A stretch of 64,000 nt of DNA from Eledone cirrhosa (lineage: Eukaryota). The notes under the pieces are model-generated. The model was not told where the DNA came from, ran no database searches, and saw only the letters and a program-made list of their open reading frames with translations. Below are positions 36,201 to 49,530 of this stretch, piece by piece. The position numbers were made by a program, and so were the translations under genes. The DNA lies in the NCBI GenBank assembly GCA_964016885.1, contig OZ024740.1:291400001-291464000 (forward strand), read 5' to 3'. Each line of letters opens with the position of its first letter. The stretch's first letter is position 1.

Positions 36201-39200
36201 GGTGTTCCTGTACATCATGTCAAAATATCTTCTGTTAATGACATTAGTTGTTCCTCATATACATCATGTCAAACTATCTTCTGTTAATGACAGTAGTTGT
36301 TCCTGTACATCATGTCAATCTATCTTCTGTTAATGACAGTAGTTGTTCCTGTACACCATGTCAAACTATCTTCTGTTAATGACAGTAGTCGTTCCTGTAC
36401 ATCATGTTAAACTATCTTCTGTTAATGACATTTGTTGTTCCTGTACACCATGTCAAACTATCTTCTGTTAATGACAGTAGTTGTTCCTCATATATATCAT
36501 GTCAAAATATCTTCTGTTAATGACAGTAGTTGTTCCTCATATACATCATGTCAAACTATCTTCTGTTAATGACATTTGTTGTTCCTGTACACCATGTCAA
36601 ACTATCTTCTGTTAATGACAGTAGTTGTTACTGTACATCATGTCAATCTATCTTCTGTTAATGACAGTAGTTGTTCCTGTACATCATGTCAAACTATCTT
36701 CTGTTAATGACAGTAGTTGTTCCTGTACATAATGTCAAACTATCTTCTGTTAATGACAGTAGTTGTTCCTGTACATCATGTCAAACTATCTTCTGTTAAT
36801 GACAGTAGTTGTTCCTGTACATGTCAAACTATCTTCTGTTAATGACAGTAGTTGTTCCTGTACATCATGTCAAAATATCTTCTGTTGATGACAGTAGTTG
36901 TTCCTCATATACATCATGTCAAAATATCTTTTGTTAATGACAATAGTTGTTCCTGTACATCATGTCAAACTATCTTCTGTTAATGACAGTAACTGTTCCT
37001 GTACATCATGTCAAAATATCTTCTGTTAATAACAGTAGTTGTTCCTGTACATAATGTCAAACTATCTTCTGTTAATGACAGTAGTTGTTCCTGTACATCA
37101 TCTCAAACTATCTTCTGTTAATAACAGTAATTGTTCCTGTACATCATGTCAAAATATCTTTTGTTAATGGCAGTAAGTGTTCCTGTACATTCTGTTAATG
37201 ACAGTAATTGTTCCTGTACATCATGTCAAACTATCTTCTGTTAATGACAGTAACTGTTCCTGTACATCATGTCAAAATATCTTCTGTTAATAACAGTAGT
37301 TGTTCCTGTACATTATGTCAAAATATCTTCTGTTAAAGACATTAGTTGTTCCTGTACATCATGTCAAACTATCTTCTGTTAAGACAGTAATTGTTCCTGT
37401 ACATTATGTCAAAATATCTTATGTTAATGACATTAGTTGTTCCTGTACATCATGTCAAAATATTTTCTGTTAATGACATTTGTTGTTCTTCATATACATC
37501 ATGTCAAACTATCTTTTGTTAATGGCAGTAGTTGTTCCTGTACATCATGTCAAACTATCTTCTGTTAATGACTGTAGTTGCTCCTGTACATCATGTCAAA
37601 TATCTTGTTAACGACAGTAGGTGTTCCTGTACATCATGTCAAAATATCTTCTGTTAATGACATTAGTTGTTCCTCATATACATCATGTCAAACTATCTTC
37701 TGTTAATGACAGTAGTTGTTCCTGTACATCATGTCAATCTATCTTCTGTTAATGACAGTAGTTGTTCCTGTACACCATGTCAAACTATCTTCTGTTAATG
37801 ACAGTAGTCGTTCCTGTACATCATGTTAAACTATCTTCTGTTAATGACATTTGTTGTTCCTGTACACCATGTCAAACTATCTTCTGTTAATGACAGTAGT
37901 TGTTCCTGTACATCATGTCAATCTATCTTCTGTTAATGACAGTAGTTGTTCCTCATATACATCATGTCAAAATATCTTCTGTTAATGACAGTAGTTGTTC
38001 CTGTACATCATGTCAAACTATCTGTTAATGACATTAGTTGTTCCTGTACATCATGTCAAACTATCTTCTGTTAATGACAGTAGTTGTTCCTGTACATAAT
38101 GTCAAACTATCTTCTGTTAATGACAGTAGTTGTTCCTGTACATCATGTCAAACTATCTTCTGTTAATGACAGTAGTTGTTCCTGTACATAATGTCAAACT
38201 ATCTTCTGTTAATGACAGTAGTTGTACCTGTACATCATGTCAAAATATCTTCTGTTGATGACAGTAGTTGTTCCTCATATACATCATGTCAAAATATCTT
38301 TTATTAATGACAATAGTTGTTCCTGTACATCATGTCAAACTATCTTCTGTTAATGACAGTAACTGTTCCTGTACATCATGTCAAAATATCTTCTGTTAAT
38401 AACAGTAGTTGTTCCTGTACATAATGTCAAACTATCTTCTGTTAATGACAGTAGTTGTTCCTGTACATCATCTCAAACTATCTTCTGTTAATAACAGTAA
38501 TTGTTCCTGTACATCATGTCAAAATATCTTTTGTTAATGGCAGTAAGTGTTCCTGTACATTCTGTTAATGACAGTAATTGTTTCTGTACATCATGTCAAA
38601 CTATCTTCTGTTAATGACAGTAACTGTTCCTGTACATCATGTCAAAATATCTTCTGTTAATAACAGTAGTTGTTCCTGTACATTATGTCAAAATATCTTC
38701 TGTTAAAGACATTAGTTGTTCCTGTACATCATGTCAAACTATCTTCTGTTAAGACAGTAATTGTTCCTGTACATTATGTCAAAATATCTTATGTTAATGA
38801 CATTAGTTGTTCCTGTACATCATGTCAAAATATTTTCTGTTAATGACATTTGTTGTTCTTCATATACATCATGTCAAACTATCTTCTGTTAATGACTGTA
38901 GTTGCTCCTGTACATCATGTCAAATATCTTGTTAACGACAGTAGGTGTTCCTGTACATCATGTCAAAATATCTTCTGTTAATGACATTAGTTGTTCCTCA
39001 TATACATCATGTCAAACTATCTTCTGTTAATGACAGTAGTTGTTCCTGTACATCATGTCAATCTATCTTCTGTTAATGACAGTAGTTGTTCCTGTACACC
39101 ATGTCAAACTATCTTCTGTTAATGACAGTAGTCGTTCCTGTACATCATGTTAAACTATCTTCTGTTAATGACATTTGTTGTTCCTGTACACCATGTCAAA

Positions 39201-41444
39201 CTATCTTCTGTTAATGACAGTAGTTGTTCCTGTACATCATGTCAATCTATCTTCTGTTAATGACAGTAGTTGTTCCTTATATACATCATGTCAAAATATC
39301 TTCTGTTAATGACAGTAGTTGTTCCTGTACATCATGTCAAACTATCTGTTAATGACATTAGTTGTTCCTGTACATCATGTCAAACTATCTTCTGTTAATG
39401 ACAGTAGTTGTTCCTTTACATCATGTCAAAATATTTTCTGTTAATCACATAAATTGTTCCTGTACAACATGTCAAACTACCTTTTGTTAATGACAGTAGT
39501 TGTTCCTGTATATCATGTCAAACTATCTTCCGTTAATGACAGTAGTTGTTCCTGTACATCATGTCAAAATATCTTCTGTTAATGACAGTAGTTGTTCCTC
39601 ATATACATCATGTCAAACTATCTTCTGTTAATGACATAAATTGTTCCTGTACAACATGTCAAACTACCTTTTGTTAATGACAGTAGTTGTTCCTGTATAT
39701 CATGTCAAACTATCTTCCGTTAATGACAGTAGTTGTTCCTGTACATCATGTCAAAATATCTTCTGTTAATGACAGTAGTTGTTCCTCATATACATCATGT
39801 CAAACTATCTTCTGTTAATGACAGTAGTTGTTACTGTACATCATGTCAATCTATCTTCTGTTGATGACAGTAGTTGTTCCTGTACATCATGTCAAACTAT
39901 CTTCTGTTAATGACAGTAGTTGTTCCTGTACATCATGTCAAAATATCTTATGTTGATGACAGTAGTTGTTCCTCATATACATCATGTCAAAATATCTTCT
40001 GTTAATGACAGTAGTTGTTCCTCATATACATCATGTCAAACTATCTTCTGTTAATGACAGTAGTTGTTACTGTACATCATGTCAATCTATCTTCTGTTGA
40101 TGACAGTAGTTGTTCCTGTACATCATGTCAAACTATCTTCTGTTAATGACAGTAGTTGTTCCTGTACATCATGTCAAACTATCTTCTGTTAATGACAGTA
40201 GTTGTTCCTGTACATAATGTCAAACTATCTTCTGTTAATGACAGTAGTTGTTCCTGTACATCATGTCAAACTATCTTCTGTTAATGACAGTAGTTGTTCC
40301 TGTACATAATGTCAAACTATCTTCTGTTAATGACAGTAGTTGTTCCTGTACATCATGTCAAACTATCTTCTGTTAATGACAGTAGTTGTTCCTGTACATA
40401 ATGTCAAACTATCTTCTGTTAATGACAGTAGTTGTTCCTGTACATCATGTCAAAATATCTTCTGTTGATGACAGTAGTTGTTCCTCATATACATCATGTC
40501 AAAATATCTTTTGTTAATGACAGTAGTTGTTCCTATACATCATGTCAAACTATCGTCTGTTAATGACATTAGTTGTTCCTGTACATCATGTCAAACTATC
40601 TTCTCTTAATGACAGTAGTTGTTCCTCATATACATCATGTCAAATTATCTTTTGTTAATGACAGTAATTGTTCCTGTACATCATGTCAAAATATCCTCTG
40701 TTGATGACAAGAGTGGTTCCTATACATCATGTCAAACTATCTCCTGTGAATGACAATAGTTGTTCCTGTACATCATGTCAAAATATCCTCTGTTGATGAC
40801 AAGAGTTGTTCCTATACATCATGTCAAAATATTTTCTGTTAATGACAGTAATTGTTCCTGTACATCATCTCAAACTATCTTCTGTTAAGACAGTAATTGT
40901 TCCTGTACATTATGTCAAACTATCTTCTGTTAACGATGGTAGTTGGTCTTGTGCATCATGTCAAACTATCTGTTAATGACATTAGTTGTTCCTGTACATC
41001 ATGTCAAAATATCTTCTGTTAATGACGGTAATTGTTCCTGTACATCATGTCAAACTATCTTCTGTTAATAACATTAGTTGTTCCTGTACACCTTGTCAAA
41101 CTATTTTCTGTTATTAACAGTAGTTGTTCCTGTACATCATGTCAAACTCTCTTCTGTTAATGACAGTAATTGTTCCTGTACATCATGTCAAACTATCTTC
41201 TGTTAATGACAGTAGTTGTTCCTGTACATCATGTCAAAATATCTTCTGTTAATGACAGTTGTTGTTCCTATACATCATGTCAAACTTTCTTATGTTAATG
41301 ACGGTAGTTGTTCCTCATATACATGTCGAAACAATCACTGCAGTTGTGAATGTTTAATATTTGAATTCCACAGTCAATGTTTGTATGTAATTTCTTGTTT
41401 TTTAGACAATGAAAACCACTCTATATATATATATATATATAAGT

Positions 41445-41715
41445 GACTGTAGGTGTCACACAAAAAGTGTGGCCCAGCCCACACTGTAAAGTGGTTACAT
41501 AGATCTGACGACAAAAAGCACCCCCCTCCACTCACACTGTAAACTGGTCGTGTAGGCGCACCTAGTACTCATAATTGAGGTTGGCATTAGGAAGGGCATC
41601 CAGCTGTAGAAACCAAGCTAGAATGAACAAGACATGGTCACCTGACCTAGCATTTCCCTCAACAGGACAACCATGCTAGCGTGGAAAATGGATGTAAGAC
41701 GGAGGTGGTGATGAT
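41445..41715 (+). mobile_element. Non-autonomous retroelement sharing the RTE 3' UTR
   Basis: CCCACACTGTAAAG units, TTAGGAAGGGCATCCAGCTGTAGAAAC and ATGCTAGCGTGGAAAATGGATGTAA...GATGAT, as in 29600-29822. Similar copies at 43570-43800(-), 53250-53476(+), 58260-58400(-), 60370-60700(+), 61440-61620(-). Confidence 0.75.
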
Positions 41716-41814
41716 ATATTTATATACACACAAATATATATATGTGTATGCGTGTATGTTACGTTGGTTCTACAAAACATCCAGCCCACTCTCTAAGTGG
41801 TCATGTAGGTGTCA

Positions 41815-42005
41815 CTATTAAAACTGAAGACTAACATGTAGCATTTCTGTTCCAGGGGTTATATATAAAACTGAAGCCCAACATGTAGTATTTCTGTTCC
41901 AAGAGTTATATATAACACTGAGGCCCAACATGTAGTATTTCTGTTGCAAGAGTTATATCAAACTCCAGACCAACATGTAGCATTTCTGTGGCAAGATTTA
42001 TATAA
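41815..42005 (+). repeat. ~47-bp tandem repeat (AAACTGAAGCCCAACATGTAGTATTTCTGTTCCAAGAGTTATATATA) x4
   Basis: Direct tandem copies visible. Confidence 0.8.
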
Positions 42006-43529
42006 ATCTAATGCATTCCAAGAATTAATCACTATCAAATATTGCAAATTTCACAAACTATAAGCAATATAGAGAAATCAAATTCAGTAACTAAAGAAAA
42101 ATATTGTGAAGGAGTTAATAAACTTTGGTTACTCAACTGACTCATTTAGCACCTTTCTTTTCACTTATGTTCATGGAAATACATACAAATATGAATGTCA
42201 GTGACAACAAAAATAAATTTGAACTGGTTGTAGAGATGAGTTAAAAATTAAGATGTATGCAAAATAAAATACATAAGTAAAATATGAAGATTGTGGCACA
42301 AATGCCAAGAGCTTGAAAATATTTTACCAGAAAGTCATATTGCTGTTGTACAGTGTATTATTTGTGTAGCAATAGCTTTTGAATTTTATAATAATCATAC
42401 TGTTTGAAACAGAAAAAATGAAGTTTCTTGAAAGCACACAGCAATGGGCTCTATATAGTATTAACAAATTTAGGAAGGGCATCCAACCATAGAAAATTTG
42501 CCAGACAAAGGGTCAGGAGGACCTTCCAGTCGTGTCAAGGGCATGGCAACCTCCCTAGTGTTGGTGATTTACATTATAAATGCACACAGTACACACATTT
42601 AAGGGCATCAAACAATAGAAATCTTGCTAAACAGAGAGTTGGGAGGACCCTCAGTTGTGTCAAAGGCATGACAACCTCTTCTGAGCACTCGATAGAACAT
42701 GAGACCGTACACAAGCATACAGGTCCTTGGCTTGCCTGAGAGATCACTGGCTCCGCTTCAGTATGGATTTGGTCTATATGGACCCATCCAACCCTTGTTA
42801 GCAGGGAAAGTGTATGTTATAATGATGATGATATTCTACAAAATAATATATTTACAAAATTATTCTATAAAATATCACTTCAATTTAAAAAAGAAATCAA
42901 AGAAACAACGTTTTTATTGGTCTTTCATTGCTGATACTCTCTGCTGGTCGCAATTCCTGACAGAAAGGAACAACGTGAAATAAGGTGTCTTGTTGAAGAT
43001 GATGTGCCACCTGGTCTAAGAATTGAACTTGTGACCTTATGATTGCGAGTCCAACACCCTAATCACTTGGCCATGTCCCTTCACAAAATGTTGTTCAATG
43101 ATAAGTTAGTAGCTTGAATGAAAGGTAGCTGAAATATCTTCAAATATTATAACAGTACACTTTTCAAAAGAGTATGTCAATATATCTATGCCAGTGTTTT
43201 AGAAGGAATATTTTCTTGTAATGGGAGGTACTGTGAGGTTGATATCTACTACAAGTATTTTGGGAGGAATATTTTCTTGTAATGGAAGGTACTGTGATGG
43301 TTGCAGTTTGTTGCAATAGCAAACTGTTCTCCTAACATTAGTTGGCTGTTCATTCATTGTTTTTGCTTTGTGTAGGTTTTATATCCCACCTTCTTAAAAA
43401 AGAATAACAAGCAACTAGAACCCTCATTACAAATGCTAGATTTTAAAATCAGTGAGTCTCTTATAATGATCACTCACTATGCAAAGGTCATGAAGATTAT
43501 ATATATATGTGTGTGTGTATGTATGTATG

Positions 43530-43560
<31 letters not shown>

Positions 43561-43805
43561 TGAGTGTGTGTGTACATTTAACGTCCACCTTCCACACTAG
43601 CATGGGTTAGTTGTCCCATTTGAGGCAGGTTGGGTCAGGTGACCATATCCTGCTCATACAGAACTAATTTTGGCTAGATTTCTGCAGCTGGATGCCCTTT
43701 GTAATGCCAACCACATTTACAGCATGTGCTCGGTGCTTTTTGCTGTGACTTCTATATGACCACTTTACAGTGTGGACTGGGTGCTTTTTGTCATTAGTGT
43801 ACGCA

Positions 43806-44317
43806 TATAATATAATAAAGGGAGGAGTGCGGGACTGTGTCCTGAATATATTTTTTTATCTCGTTAGTAAAATAAGTTGGATTACTTTGAATAAATAATG
43901 AATGAATATTACATAATTTATGTACTAAATTTCGTATCTGTTGATTAAATATAAATATTTTTATAATGATTGCTTATTTTAAGATTCACTTCTTTTAAAA
44001 TTTTCAAATGTCAATACTTCCAGTTATAACATACACTAAATCATATTTCCGTTGCTAATTTTCTCCTTTTTTTGTTTTTATTACATTTCACCGTAATGCA
44101 GTTTATATATAATATCATCTTTTTTAAATGTATCATGGATTACTTTACTGATTACAGAAGAGAGTGTAACACAGTCTCTCTTCAATTTCTGTGGATATTG
44201 TCAATTATGATTTTATTTGACATATCATATCTACATGCATATATATTTACGTATAATATCAATATGCACACTACACATGCTAGCAGAAAACCACCCGAAG
44301 GGTGGTTTTTCTGCTAG
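43806..44317 (+). mobile_element. Candidate non-autonomous Helitron-like element
   Basis: 3' end has hairpin CCACCC-GAA-GGGTGG 8 nt before CTAG|T (44314-44318). 5' start TATAATATAATAAAGG is uncertain. Confidence 0.45.
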
Positions 44318-47047
44318 TAAAAAGTAATATAGCCATATATAAAAGATCTGGTTTGTGCTTTTAATTCAATGAAGACGCTAATGCTCAACATTAGTGTTTC
44401 AGGATTTTTTTTATTCATCATCAGTGACATTTATTTACTTTGTATTAGTCAAGAAATAGGTGAGGATGGATTAAACAATACTGGAGCACTACTGTCTGGC
44501 TTTCTCACATGGCTACTGAGACAGATATAACATGATCAGAGCTTAAAATACCCATAGCAAGACCTATGTATGTTTATAACACATAAACATATTGTAAAAG
44601 TCTTCATACACACCTCTATTATGAATCGCAATATATTAGTACTACTACTATTATAAAGACTAGTCAGTGAAGTACAGCCTGTGGTGATATGCTGTCCATT
44701 TTATGTACATTTTGGATTTATGTGGGGAAGTTGGGGATCCAGGCAGGACTACAGTGTTCCATGGTGGAGCTAATGTATTGTTACTGGGGTTTTTCTTTCT
44801 CTTGATAAAATGTCAAACTTGTGTTTGCTCTTTGTCATTTTTTCACTATCATTTAGCTTTTTTATTGTCTTCTCTGTTATGAATGTTGTGGGTTTGTTGT
44901 GTGTAACAGCTAGTATTTTTCTTAGTGTGTATGTGTGTAGTATTTTTATATTGTTGACTGATGGTTGTGTTTTATGTTGTTGGTAAGAAGGGAGATAGTG
45001 GATTTGGTAGAATGTTTTAAGGATTTAAACTATATTTGTAGTAGCTTAATGGATTAAACTATATATATGTTGAAGAGCCAAAAAAAATGTAGTGTTTCTT
45101 TGACACAATATTGGAGTGATTGTATTTTGGTGTTGTTGAAGGAGGTTAGGTTTTCATGTTCTTATTAAGATTGTTTTCAAAATTTCTGTTCACAGAAACA
45201 ATACAAGTTTGACATATGTTGTCTAGTTTACATATGGTTGATGCCTGTGTGCAGAACGTTAAGCGGGTAATGTATAGGATTGGTGTTATAAGAGTGGCAG
45301 TGAATCAGTGGTTTATTTACAGAAAAAAAAAAAGTGGAAGATATAAAGTGAACTCTGAAGGACACCAGAGTTGGTAGAATGCCAGATAGAGAACTCTCTA
45401 AGTGAATCATTAGCTTTAGTTGTATATGGACATATCTAGCAGAATAAGGCCATCTGGGAATAACAATGGCCAAGACCTTTGTGGGAACATCAATCAGGTG
45501 TAATGTTACAGTCCACAGCATCACCATCCTGTGGAAGAATTAGATGGGAGGTGAGAGCATAGTATCATCTGTATTGGAGTATCTGACAGCAAGTAGGTCA
45601 TTAATCCTTTCGTTACTGCATTTCTAATGAAATACACTCTATTAGAATTAGTTAATGAAGAATTTGGAGGGGTTTATTAAAATTATGTTGAAAGATTTTA
45701 ATTTAAATAGAAACCTTTAAAATGGGTGCTTTTGTGTCAGAATGAGAGCCAGTTTTGGGCAGGTTGGTATCAAAAGAGAGAATGTGAGGTATCACTTACT
45801 GATCCTTGGGTACACCAAGAATCAGAGTTGATAGAATGAGGGTTGGTGTGTGCTCCATCAGCACACATTTCAATGATCTAATAGGAATCTGCTAAATTCC
45901 AGAAGTGTGTGACTGGTGTAGACTGCACTTCCAGCTATGGTGTAGATTGCACTTCCAGCTAGCAGTCTGCAATAGTCACTGGTGTAGATTGCAATAATCA
46001 TTGGTAAAGGCTTTGATAATCTCAAGTGTAACAACATTGGTTTAGCCAAAATTCTCAAAAGTGAGAGATCATTGAGTGATAATAGGAGAACCAGTCTCCA
46101 GTAGATCTGGCTTGGTGGCAGCCATACTAATAATCAATAAAAAAGAATAGAGATTGAAGGAGATGGTTGTTGACACTGTTGATATTACCTTTGAGGTGTT
46201 GGAAGTACATGCTCTAGGTTGTTACTTGGTCAAGGTTAGAGAGGGTAACTTTGGCTGTGGAGGAACATGCTCTAGGTTGGTACTTGGTCAAGGTTAGAGA
46301 TGGTGGCTTTTTTTTTTTTGTTTTTAGTTGGGTAGATTGAAAAGTTTGGTGGACATAGAAACTAGCTCAGAGATTGATAGAAATGGCGCTATCAGGATCA
46401 GTCACCTTGTGTTCGAGTGGTCTGAATGCATCTTCAAGCTCCGTTTTTCCTTTTTCCTATATAATATGTACTTGATACTAATAATAAGAAATATAACTAA
46501 CTAATACAGTTAATCCTTTAAATATTTGTAAACAATTTCTGACATAATTTAATACTCAACATTTTAGATAGTATGTTTATTGTAAAACTACTAATGACGA
46601 GATAACATTCATAAGAATGTAACTAAAACTTGTTCACTGTTTGTAAAATGGTATTTTATCTCTTAGCATCCTGTTCCACATAAGACCACATTTGCAAAAT
46701 ATTCTTGAAATTACAAAACAACTCTATGACTGCATCATATAAAAAATTAAAGTCTCTACAGCTCTATGCCTGCATCATAAGAAAAATTAAAGTCTTTACT
46801 TAGCTGCAAATTTTCACAACACTGTTCTGTCCATTAGTAAAGATACTATAAACGTTTGAATTAACAAAGCAGTTTTTAAATATTGTTTGTTAAATCATTA
46901 CAGGATGTTGAGTTAAGAAAATTCTTAGTACATTTTATGTGTTCTGAGTGAAATTTTCTTAGTAGATTAATGACAAGAAAAAGAAATGTCTATGAAATTA
47001 ATTTAGTGATATTTGTTTAATTGTATTTTTGTTTTGTTCTATTTCAG

Positions 47048-48216
47048 GATGTAATTGTGATGCATTGCACTATGGGAAAAGATGAGTATGTTAAATCAAA
47101 AGGTGGAATCCTCAAAGCAAGTGCATTAGAACAGACAGACAATCAAGTACCTATTGGAGGTAAAATAGATGTGGCCTGGGACAATTATGGTCCAAACAAT
47201 AGCTTTAAAGAAACTACAAAAAATACTTTTAATAACAGTATAGGGCAAGTATCAAATGAATTTCACAAGAGTAATAGTCAAAGTAAAGAGTTTGCAACTG
47301 GATCTAATCGATGCAAGAAAAGAACTCCTTCCCAAAACTCTATGAAGTCATTATCAGATATATTATTAGAGAATAATGATTGTCACCATAACAAATCAAA
47401 TGGTCCATTGGTTACAGATTCCATTGATGTTAGTCCTCTTGATAACAACTCTGATAATGAAGATTTAGGGCTGACAACACATCGGCCTGATATCAATGCT
47501 AACCAAAATATTAATTTTGTAAATCCGCCATCTAATTTTTCGAATACAATCACCAATCTGTTTAACCAAAGTCATAGCAAAAAGAAAGACAACACAAGTA
47601 AAAATCATGGAGATGAAAGCTGGAGAAATAACAGGAAAATTGTTGGCAAAGGAAAGAATGATAACTTTTACAATCAGTCTCCATCCTCAATAACATCTAA
47701 TAATTACATAATGCATGATCAAGAGAACCTTGGTTACCAGCAACAACAACAGCAACAACAACAACATAACTATGAGCAGTATGTTATCCCCCAAAACTTT
47801 GCCTATACAGCAGATGATATTTACCGAAATGCGCTATCTGTTGGATCCTATCCTAATCTAATGACTCATAAGAAAGTCCCTGAGATGTTTAGTTTTGTGA
47901 ATGCATTGGTGTCGCCACCTTTCTTTGCACGTTCATATCACCCAGAACAGAGGCAGCAATCACATACATCATCCCAGTTTTACTCTGCTATCCAGTCTGA
48001 TAGAAATGGTTGTCTTAAGATACCACAGCAATCTCCCAGACATTGCTATCATTCAAACTCTATTCATCAGACCCATGATTACATGAATTCTTTCTATGTT
48101 GACAATTCTCAACATTTAGACAGCAGACTTCATTGTACAAATGTAGACTACCCTGATCAACATTACCAGTTGCATCAAAATGTTAATGTCTCAACAACTC
48201 GCTCTCTTGAAACTTG
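47048..48216 (+). CDS. F-box/LRR gene exon A (N/S/Q-rich, polyQ at 47738-47764); first in-frame ATG at 47060
   Basis: Acceptor TTTCAG|GAT, donor TG|GTGAGT, long ORF in AT-rich DNA; phase 2 fits the next exon. Confidence 0.8.
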
Positions 48217-48640
48217 GTGAGTTCTTTTCTTTCAAGCAATTATTCTTTGTTTATCTCTACTTTTTACTGTTGCATTTTCTTCATTTTAAGTATGTTTTAT
48301 ATAAATTACTGTTCCCTATACAGTCTTTGATCTTATAACCTTCCTTGAAAACTATGTGACCTTCTAGAAATAGCAGCTAAGTTTCATTCAAACATAATTC
48401 CTACTGACTTAACTCATGACATTCTGTAATGATTTAGCTGAAAATATTTAAAAAATGGCCTTGGTAATTCATGTTTATGGTAACTTTACTAATGGATAGA
48501 TCATTATTGTGAAAATATTCAATAATTAAAGAGTTAAAATTTAAATGGGATTCAGTCATAGTGCTGTTTTCTTCTTTTCAAGACTGTCTTGCTAATGCAG
48601 TTTCATGTGGTACATGATGTTAATAGATAGTTAAGCACAC

Positions 48641-48978
48641 ATGGAGGCACATGGCTTAGTGGTTAGAGCATTGGCCTTGCAATCGAAAGGTTGTGAGTTC
48701 AATTCTCAGATCGGGTGATGTGTTGTTTCCTTGAGCAAGACACTTTATTTCACATTGCTCCAGTTTACTCAGCTGTAGAAATGAGATGATAGGGACTGGG
48801 GTCCATATCATGCCACTGCAAAGAGGTCATGCAGGTGCCACGGCAAAAAAGCACCCAGCACTCACTGTAAATGAGGTTGGTGTTAGGAAGAGCATCCAGC
48901 TGTAGAAATCAAGCCAGAATCAGTTCCCGTCCCACCCTTGCAAGCAGGAAAAAAGCGGACGTAAAATGAAATGAATGA
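48641..48978 (+). mobile_element. tRNA-derived CORE-type SINE (family B) with RTE-derived tail
   Basis: Head TGGCTTAGTGG..GAGTTCAATTC, core CCTTGAGCAAGACACTT, tail CCCGTCCCACCCTTGCAAGCAGG..GCGGACGTAAAATGA, as at the end of the 62791-63639 RTE. Other copies at 54082-54365(+), 42980-43085(-), 58440-58725(-). Confidence 0.8.
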
Positions 48979-49530
48979 ATTGGATAATGGAATTGTATAT
49001 ATACCGAATCTGAAAAAAAATGGTCACAACTGTAATAGCTTTGATCCTAGATCTGCTCAATCAGTGCTGCCCTGGGGCTAAATAAATGCTATTCACCAAG
49101 TTACAAAATGATTTAATGACTAGATGGATCCAGCCCACTCTGTAAAGTGCTAGTGCTGGTGCTACAATAAAGAGCACACAGTTTTCCCTGTATGATGGTA
49201 GTGCTGTGTAAAGTAATAGTGCCAGTGACAATAGAATGTTTCTAGTATATGCTGCAAGATGCAAGATGGTTGGCATTATGAGGCGCATCCAAGCTAAAAA
49301 TGGAGTGTACAAGCAAGACAAAGTCAACTAACCAGTCTAGCCTCAGTATGTGACAGCCCGTCTAACCTAATACAATGGTGATGATGATGGTCAACACACT
49401 AGATCATGAATTCTGTTTCTTTTTAAATTAAGAGAAATTCATACTGGATTATTTTTTAGAAAAAAACTAGCTTCTATTCACCTCATTTTTAGTGTGTATA
49501 TTTATATTTAAAATATTTATATTCAAGTTC

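Larger units (their letters stand above)
19050..41325 (+). repeat. 46-bp satellite array, consensus GACAGTAGTTGTTCCTGTACATCATGTCAAACTATCTTCTGTTAAT, with 43- and 49-bp variants; ~17.7 kb net, about 380 units
   Basis: Continuous head-to-tail units, interrupted only by two LINE insertions and two short inversions. Confidence 0.98.

Noticed and set aside
19050-41325. CRISPR array
   Set aside because: Units are head-to-tail with no unique spacers, there are no cas genes, and the context is eukaryotic.
43376-43451. Possible extra exon (TGTAG|GTT...ATCA|GTGAGT)
   Set aside because: Its open frame ends in phase 1 and does not join exon A. It partly resembles a dispersed repeat. It could be a UTR exon but has no support.
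44400-46450. Penelope-like or other LINE relic on the - strand
   Set aside because: Composition suggests a decayed element, but I could not read a convincing motif.
48643-48715. tRNA gene (also 54083-54155)
   Set aside because: A/B boxes run into SINE core and tail sequence, with no intact cloverleaf.
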